A stretch of 64,000 nt of DNA from Eledone cirrhosa. Taxonomy: Eukaryota. This document shows, one piece after another, positions 55,465 to 64,000 of this stretch. How positions within the stretch are numbered: position 1 is the stretch's first letter; the number at the start of each line of letters is the position of its first letter. The position numbers and the translations under genes were made by a program. Location of the stretch: assembly GCA_964016885.1 (NCBI GenBank), contig OZ024740.1, forward strand, positions 330,584,001-330,648,000, in the 5' to 3' direction. Below the pieces are notes generated by a model. It saw nothing but the letters and a program-made list of their open reading frames with translations, did no database searches and was not told where the DNA came from.

Positions 55465-56362
55465 CTGGGGTGAAGGGCGTAATTTTATCAAGAACAAAAT
55501 TGACGACGACGACGGTGATTTTGATGATGATGATGATGATGATGAGAAGGTGGAGAGTAAGGAGAGGAAGGCGATGATTATACCTATAAAAACAGTAACA
55601 ACTGTAAAAAAATCCAAGAACCAGAACGAAAACAAGAATGAACCGGAAGAGATTATAAAATCGTGAAGAAGACGAACAAGAATAGAAAGAATATAGAACA
55701 AAGAACAAGTAGAAGAAAGAGAATGATAATCAACAAGTAGAATAAAATGAAGTAGGTGAGCAAATAGAAATTGAAGAGTAAGAATGAGAAAGGAAGAAGA
55801 AGACGACACCTCCGCACTTTATCAGATCATATGTAAGGGGGGGGGGGAAATGTTTGTGTATCATGGGTGTATAGGGTAGATGAATTGGAGAGGTATGAAT
55901 GTAAATATATGGAAATTATAGAGAGAGGAGAGAAGAAGAGGCATGTTCTAGATATAGACAGTTAAGCATATAGAGTAAGGCGAATGATAGTGACAACAAT
56001 AATAATAATAACAATAATAATAATTAAGAAAGAAAGAGAACGTGAGTTTGTAACGAAACAGACACGAATACACGTTTTCTGCATACATATGTAATATGTT
56101 TATTATCAGTTATCGCACGTTTGAGTTTTTGAGTGTGCGTGCGCGCGTGTGCCTGTGTGTGTATATACATATATAGACACACACTTAGCCATGGAAGTGG
56201 GTCTGTGTATATATCTATAGATATGTATGTGTGCGTATGTCTGGTTGTATGTATGTATAAATGTATGTATATATGTATATATATATACATATATATATAT
56301 ATAAATATAAATATAAATATAAATATATATGTATATATACATATATATAAATATAAATATAA

Positions 56363-56437
<75 letters not shown>

Positions 56438-56452
56438 TAGATATAGATAGGT

Positions 56453-56741
56453 AAATATACACGGGTGTGTATGATTGTGTATAGAAGATTATATTAATAA
56501 GAGAAATTCCAACTTTGTCTGATTTACTCGTTTTATTTACAATCCTTTAAAATATATATAATGGTATTATAATGAAATAGTATGATAGAATATTAAATTC
56601 TAAGTGTTAATTGAACCTTAGAATTTAATTAACACTTAGAATTTAATATTCTATCATTCTATTTCATTATAATACCATTATATATATTTTAAAGGATTGT
56701 AAATAAAACGAGTAAATCAGACAAAGTTGGAATTCCTCTTA

Positions 56742-56747
<6 letters not shown>
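56453..56747. mobile_element. Family C hairpin: long-end left arm 56453-56616, short-end right arm 56627-56747
   Basis: Inverted arms homologous to 3623-3784; 10 nt filler CTTAGAATTT at the centre. Confidence 0.88.
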
Positions 56748-56790
<43 letters not shown>

Positions 56791-56978
56791 GGGGGGGGGG
56801 GAAGAAGGATGTTAAAAACCGACAGTAGGCCTAGCGGTCTCGGCTTGTATTCGGCAAGTCTTTCGGAGGGTGTACATAAAAGACGTCACCGGTTCGTTTT
56901 TAACTCCATCTATAGTATCTCCCTATCCATAGACTACTCCCGTGATGTTTGATCTCTGCGGTCTCGGCAACGTTGAAG

Positions 56979-57037
<59 letters not shown>

Positions 57038-57655
57038 GGGGTGTAATTGTGTGTATGTTTTGATTATCCAATGTCTTTCTTAACTTAAGTATATTTAACT
57101 TACATTTCTACCTAGTCTAGCAAGCATGCCTGTTACTATGTTGACGTGTAGTTTGTACTATGATATAAGCGGCCGGCGTCAAAGAATGTTTTTCAAAACA
57201 TGCAGGTAATCAGGACATATGTATGCATCTGTTAATTTAATTCTATATAGGATACACACTACTGGTTCCTGTGTATGATTGTAACCACGTGCAGCACATA
57301 TGTGAGACTTCTAAACTACAAACATTTGCAATAGTATAAAAACAGAGGAATATATATACATACACTGTCCTCAAACAAACTCATGATTCAACGAGACATA
57401 CTCAATGCGTTTGGTTTTCATGCAAGAAAAAGAGACAATATTCATATCAAATCCTGAAGAACTTTTGAAAACATAAGTAGAAGAGTGGAAAATAAATTTT
57501 AGAAACACTGTTTTATTAGAAAATAACATCACACAAAGAACCAGACAAGCAGAGCTATAACTTCTTAAGTCTTATCCCCTCTTATGTAATTATATACGTA
57601 TACATGACTATTTGTATATGTACACCAATACCCCCCCCCCCCACACACACACAAG

Positions 57656-57696
<41 letters not shown>

Positions 57697-57741
57697 GTGA
57701 TAACAGGCTGTCGCTATCTCTCTCTATATATAGCAATGTGA

Positions 57742-57789
57742 ATAAAGCCCTTATTGTATAGCCAACCATGTCACTCTTATTTCTTGAAT

Positions 57790-57792
<3 letters not shown>
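57742..57792 (+). mobile_element. Short pLTR-end fragment related to the 21843 PLE
   Basis: AATAAAGCCCTTATTGTATAGCCAACCATGT versus AATAAAGCCCCTTGTTGTACAGCCGACCATGT at about 21947. Confidence 0.5.
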
Positions 57793-57851
<59 letters not shown>

Positions 57852-57908
57852 TATATAAATATATATACATACATATATATATATTTATATATATACTTAT
57901 TTTAATAA

Positions 57909-58021
<113 letters not shown>

Positions 58022-58063
58022 TATATATATATATAAATATATATATATGAATTTATATTTTTT

Positions 58064-61000
58064 AAATGACCCTGCTGTAAAATGGAGGGGTAGAGAGGGC
58101 CCTTGAGTCTAGTAAGACATCCTCTCTAGTGCTGGTGGCACAAATAAAAGCACCCAGTCCATGGTGTAAAGTGGCGCTGGTGTTAGGAAGGGCATCCAAC
58201 CAGTGTATCAATGCCAAAAAGCTTATCAGCACAGCAACAAAACAGCATAGAAAAATATGAAGACGTCGCATCTCAGAGTTGCAACACTTAATGTTGGCAC
58301 TCTCAGAGGTAGATCTGCTGAAATAGCGGAGATGCTGGAGAGAAGGCAGGTGGATGTGTGCTGCGTGCAAGAGGTGAGATGGAGAGGTGCCTCTGCGAGA
58401 CTAGTCGTAGGCAAGCGTCTTAGCTATAAGCTATTCTGCGTAGGTAAGGATGATGGGTTAGGGGGAGTAGGCATTTTCCTGGCTGAGAAATGGATCAATA
58501 AGACAATAGAGGTAGTTCGAGTTAGTAATCGAATAATTAAGCTTAGATTAGTTGTAGGTAGGAGACTACTGACAATCATCTCGGTCTATGCTCCCCAAGC
58601 AGGCCTAGGCAAAGATGAGAAAGACTGCTTTTATGAGGAACTCTTGCAAACAACCACAATGACAGAGGACGGAGACATCGTTATGCTAGCAGGAGACTTC
58701 AATGGTCATGTTGGACAGCTCCAGGATGGTTACACTGGGGTACATTGTGGGCACGGTTATGGTTCAAGAAATGAAGAAGGAGTGAGACTTCTTGAATTTT
58801 GTGATGCAAGTACATTGACTATTTGCAACACAAACTTCCAGAAACCTGCCAATCACCTAGTAACCTACAAATCTGGTGAGCACATAAGCCAGATTGACTT
58901 CTTGCTAGTTAGGCAGCGGGACAGGCAGATAGTGTCTAATACCAAGGCATACCCTGGGGAAGAATGTACCCCACAGCATAGGTTAGTTGTTAGTGATATC
59001 TCAGTAAGCAAGAGATGGAATGAGACATATAGGAAGGTGTGGAGAAGAAAGGTCTGGAAGCTAAAAGACCTTTCACTAAAATTCAAATTTAGGAAAGCCC
59101 TTCAAGATGTATATGACGAAAAAGAAGACGATTTAGAGACGTATGACATAGATAATAACTGGAAGTTCTTACGTGACAACTTGCTGAAGGCTACTGATGA
59201 AACCTGTGGCTGGAGCAGAGCTCCAACCAGACAGAGAGTGACCTGGTGGTGGAACAGCAGTGTAGATAAGGCTATTAGAGACAAAAGACTAGCATGGAAG
59301 GCTTAGAATAAGGGTGGGAGTAGGGAAGAATATACAGCCACTAAGAGAGAAGCTAGACGCCAGGTGTACTTAGCACGCAGGGAGGCAGAGAGTAGGAGGT
59401 TTGCCAATGTTCTGCGACGGGAAGATCAGAGGCGTGCGGTGTTCCACATTGCAAGGCAGTGTGTCAATGCAAATCAGGATGTTGTTGGTGATAAATGTGT
59501 CCGGGATGATGCCGGTGTACTTAGTGTCACGAATGACCAGAAAAAGGAGGCCTGGAAATGTCATTATGAGAGACTGATGAATGTGGAGAACGAATGGGAG
59601 AGAGAAAAATTACCCTTGGTAGATCCGACAGAGGGACCAGCTATTGAGATTGACGAATATAGGGTCCAAGAGGTGATTAGGGAAATGAAGAATGGTAAGG
59701 CGGCCGGACCATCGGGAATAGTTGCTGAGATGCTGAAGGCATCAGGGGACGTAGGCACTAAACTGGTTGCACGCATAATCAATCAGGCTATATATGGTGG
59801 TGTCATACCCAAAGACTGGTGCAGCAGTATTCTCATAAATTGCTACAAAGGTAAAGGGGATGCTTTGGAGAGGAGCAATTATAGGGGTATAAAACTGATA
59901 GATCAGGTTATGAAAGTGGCAGAAAGGATTTTAGCACAACTAATTAGAGAAAGGATCAAACTAGATGAGATGCAGTTTGGTTTTGTGCCTGGGAAGAGTA
60001 CAACAGATGCCCTCTTCTTGGTGAGACAAATGCAAGAGAGGTTCTTAGAGAAGAATAAGCCACTATACTTAGCCTTTGTTGACCTAGAGAAGGCCTTTGA
60101 TAGGGTACCCCGATCTGTCATCTGGTGGTCCCTAAGGAAGCTGGGTGTTGAGGAATGGCTTGTAAGGACAGTGCAAACTTTGTACAGAGGTACTCTCAGT
60201 AAAGTCAGGGTAGGAATGGAGTTTAGTGAGGAATTCCAGATACAAGTAGGAGTACATCAGGGTTCGGTCCTCAGCCCGCTCTTGTTCATTATAGTCCTCC
60301 AAGCCATAACAGAGGAGTTTCAGACTGGCTGTCCATGGGAACTTCTCTATGCTGACGATCTGGCTCTTATGGCAGAATCAGTAGAGGAGCTAGAGAATAA
60401 ATTCCGGCTATGGAAACAGCAGTTGGAAGCAAGAGGACTGAGAGTAAATCTAGCTAAGACAAAAGTGTTGATGAGTAGAAAAGAGGACAAAACCCTGATT
60501 CCGTCAGGGAAATGGCCATGTTCGATATGCAGAAAAGGAACTGGCATAAATTCTATAAAATGCACACAATGTAGGTCCTGGGTACACAAGAGATGTAGCG
60601 GGATAGCAGGCAAACTAACAGGTAGGGAGAAATATGTATGCAGTAGATGTACAGGGAAATTAGACAGTAGAAGTCGCACTGATAGACACATTTTTCAAAT
60701 GCGAGAGGGCGCTATAGAAGTGGTGGATAGCTTCCGGTACCTAGGAGATCAGATTAGCATGGGAGGAGGGTGTTCCGAGGCCATAGTATCTAGAATAAGG
60801 ACGGGTTGGAAGAAGTTTAGGGAGCTGCTTCCTCTGTTGACGAAGAACGGTTTCTCCCTGCGTACGAAAGGCCGGTTGTATGATGCCTGTGTGAGGAGCG
60901 CGATGCTGCATGGTAGTGAGACATGGGCAGCTACCGCAGAAGATATGCGACGGCTGGAGAGAAATGAGGCAAGCATGCTCCGTTGGATGTGCAGTGTAAA

Positions 61001-61350
61001 TGTGCGTGAACGACCCAGCATAAATGTGTTGAGAGAGAAACTGTGTCTGAGAGGGATAGAATGTAGTGTACGGGAGAGGAGACTGAGGTGGTATGGACAT
61101 GTGATGCGCATGGAGGATGACCGATGGGTGAAGAAGTGCCAGAAAATGCCAGTTGAAGGAAGACGTGGTAGAGGTAGACCACGAAAAACATGGGCGGAGT
61201 TGGTGAGAACAGACCTCAGATCATTGAAGCTCACGGTGGAGATGACGAGGGACCGTGACGAGTGGAGAGATGCTGTGCTGAATAAGACCCGTCCCACCCT
61301 TGCAAGCAGGGAAGAGCGGACGTAAAATGATGATGATGATGATGATGATG
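58064..61350 (+). mobile_element. Near full-length RTE-clade LINE with (ATG)8 tail
   Basis: Short 5' UTR with GGTGTTAGGAAGGGCATCCA motif, single APE-RT frame, tail at 61327-61350. Confidence 0.95.
58257..61325 (+). pseudogene. APE endonuclease-reverse transcriptase ORF (1022 codons before the terminal stop) interrupted by one TAG at 59304-59306
   Basis: ORFs 58257..59306 and 59364..61325 are in the same frame; ATLNV, QEVRW, GDFNGH, IDFLL; QFGF, FVDLEKAFD, QGSVLSPLLF, YADD; internal CSIC..CTQC..WVHKRC..CSRC finger. Confidence 0.93.
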
Positions 61351-61600
61351 CACGTGCCTGTTTATATGCGTGTGGTTGTGTGTGTGTGCTTCTGTATTAG
61401 TGTGTGTCTATAAAATGTATGAGTGTGTCTGATGTATTACTTTATTAAAACTTAAACAAGTATCATAATCTTGAAGAAGTTACCATAATATATACTTTAA
61501 TGCATGTATACATTTTGATGTTCAATGAATTCTCGTTGATTTTATGGATATAGATTTGTTATACACACACACACTCTATCTCTCTCTTTCACACACACAC

Positions 61601-61679
<79 letters not shown>

Positions 61680-62138
61680 CAGATAGGGAGAGAGGGAGAG
61701 TGTGAATGTTTAGTAGGGTTATCTGAGATAGTGGATACGATATTCTATTTTTCCATTTTGGAGAAACAGACACTTTAAGACGACTTTCAACTCATCACCA
61801 GACATTTTTTTGCTGGAAAGTACATTATGATAGGTTAGGAAGCATATTCACCACTTATCTTCCTTTTCATTTCACATCCCATCCGGCTGAAATTAACTTT
61901 GCAATATTCCAGGGTTGATAAAATATATTCCAGTCCCGGGGTGTGTGTTCATTTACCACTGTGACCTACTTTGGGGAAGGGGTAGAAATAATGGTATTGG
62001 GGATTACACTTGCCTCGCTGGCTAGACAGTAAAAAAAGTAATAATGAAGTAATTGATTTCTATATCTCTTTAACACAAGTACTCTAAAGATATCATGCAT
62101 ATATACATACATGCATACATATATAAACACATTCTATC

Positions 62139-62265
62139 GGTTGAAACGGCCGGAGTTCAGCCGTCGGGTTCCTGACTCTTTACCTATTAACTACTCTACT
62201 ACCCTAAGTATCGAGTACTCTGGGGCGTTTTGGTCCACCTAGTATCTTACCACAATATCGTTGTT
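62139..62265 (+). mobile_element. Family A diverged single arm with tail
   Basis: GAAACGGCCGGAGTTCAGCCGTCGGG...ACTCTACTACCCTAAGTATCGAGTACTCTGG...TGGTCCACCT...TTACCACA. Confidence 0.75.
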
Positions 62266-63075
62266 AAACACATTCACATATATATACAAATATACATGCC
62301 TGCATTAGATCTGCCAATCACCAAAAGCACAAACCGGGTGTTCCATGAACATAAGTGCCTCAAAGAAGGGAGAAATGAAGCAAAATGTGGAGATTTTACA
62401 TAATGAAAGCTATACCAATTTTCACAAGACATCTCCCACCCATCTCACAGTGCATGCATACATATATACGTGTATAAATATACATACACTCATATACATA
62501 TGCACATACAGTATATATATAAAAATACAGGAGATATAAAAGAACAGCTCGGTATGTTCTTCTCACAAACTCTGCAAATCGCAAACTTAAACAGTAGACA
62601 AAATAGTGTCGGGCAGGGAAATGTACGCGAAAGACATTAGTTAACAACAAGTTAAACTATAGAAATTCCAACTGCACCTATAAGAAATATTACCGGAATA
62701 TCATTTCAGGTTTTTTTAGCACTCTGTTGTTATGTAACTGATTTCGCCAGGTCTAACATTGAACATATAGATTTTAGAAACCTGAAAATCATCTGTTAAT
62801 TATAAAATCACAATTACAAGCTATTGATGGAATTGTTAATTTCGGTAAACTTTTCTAGACGTGAACCGTTAGAGTTTCTAAAAGTGTTACCGGTGTTATG
62901 CCAGAAAATGTAACTCAATAATTGACCAACTAGAAACAGATAAAATATGTAGCGAGGTAAAATAGGTATTGTATCCCATTTAATCCAAATACATGCTTCA
63001 TTCCTTCAACTGAGCTGTGTTGTTGGGTGCCACATTCTGGTGACACTCTAACGAACGCAACAAGTAAATGACAAC

Positions 63076-63137
<62 letters not shown>

Positions 63138-63181
63138 AATACTGTTCGTAACTGCACTCCTTGTTTTTGTTTTGTTCTTTT

Positions 63182-63221
<40 letters not shown>

Positions 63222-64000
63222 TAACAGATTACAATTTAAGCAAAGAATCGCTTCTAGGGTTCTTATATATTTAATATATATTTATCCTTATCGGGCCCTC
63301 TATGGATTTTAGTCTTCACATTTATTATTATTACTGTATATATATATATATATATATACGCATCTACACCTGTATGTATCTATTCATGTATATATATATA
63401 TACATATGTATATGTATATGATGGATGCGTGTGTGTGTGTGTGCGTGCGTGTACAGATCGAGAAAAACAACTGAAAAGTAACGGAAATAGTTTTGAGTCA
63501 CTTAAGTATTAAATTCCTCCTTGACAAATGAGTATTTTGTTTTGTCCATTCTATGACGTATATATCTAATTACACTCGTGGTTTAGTAATAACCTAGTGA
63601 TATTATCATTCCTATTTTTATTAATTGTTAGGCTGCTCTTTTTCTATTTTGCATTTTGGTACCGGTATCCACTCTCGGAATTAGAGCTACTTGTTATAAT
63701 TAGTGTTAGTATAAATATCATTTCATCTTTAACATTCTGAAGCTATCATCAACATTATCAACAATCATGATCATTATCACTGTTGTGTTCGTTGTCGTTA
63801 TGCTCATAAAAAGTCCCACATTGTAGCTCTAATATGAGGAAGCCTCTAGGTAATAATTCGTACTATTAAGCATATTAAAAAGTACTTCGAAAGACAGAGT
63901 CACCTTCGTAAATGAGATACAAGTAACGCATTCAAGTAAATAGATGCGATACACATGGCCTAGAATGACTTTAACCATAGGATTGTTTTGAAATGTTTGA

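Noticed and set aside
54894-55809. Overlapping low-complexity ORFs
   Set aside because: Decayed (GAT)n, (GAA)n and (TAC)n trinucleotide repeats

Overview
AT-rich, microsatellite-saturated animal genomic DNA with no host gene I can support. The SINE types suggest an octopus-like cephalopod, which is an inference. Nearly all ORF-track entries are translated (TA)n/(CA)n/(GA)n/(ATGT)n repeats. The window is a retroelement graveyard. It holds a near-intact RTE LINE (58.1-61.4 kb, one in-frame TAG, internal PHD-like finger), at least three well-preserved Penelope-like elements (PLEs; RT plus C-terminal GIY-YIG), R4/Dong and CRE fragments, a DD41D Tc1/mariner relic, tRNA-derived SINEs and an RTE-like non-autonomous unit. 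The most striking signal recurs across about seven unrelated repeat families: head-to-head, tail-out palindromic insertions (about 0.12-3 kb) inside (TA)n tracts. Usually one arm ends at a short 3' end and the other carries an extra tail of about 35-145 nt, and the arms carry type I hammerhead ribozyme (HHR) motifs (14 readable by eye). The inner junctions repeatedly fall on ribozyme landmarks, once exactly at the predicted cleavage site. One such element carries an orphan ORF with a synonymous-biased substitution pattern. All calls were made by eye; boundaries are approximate and no search was run.
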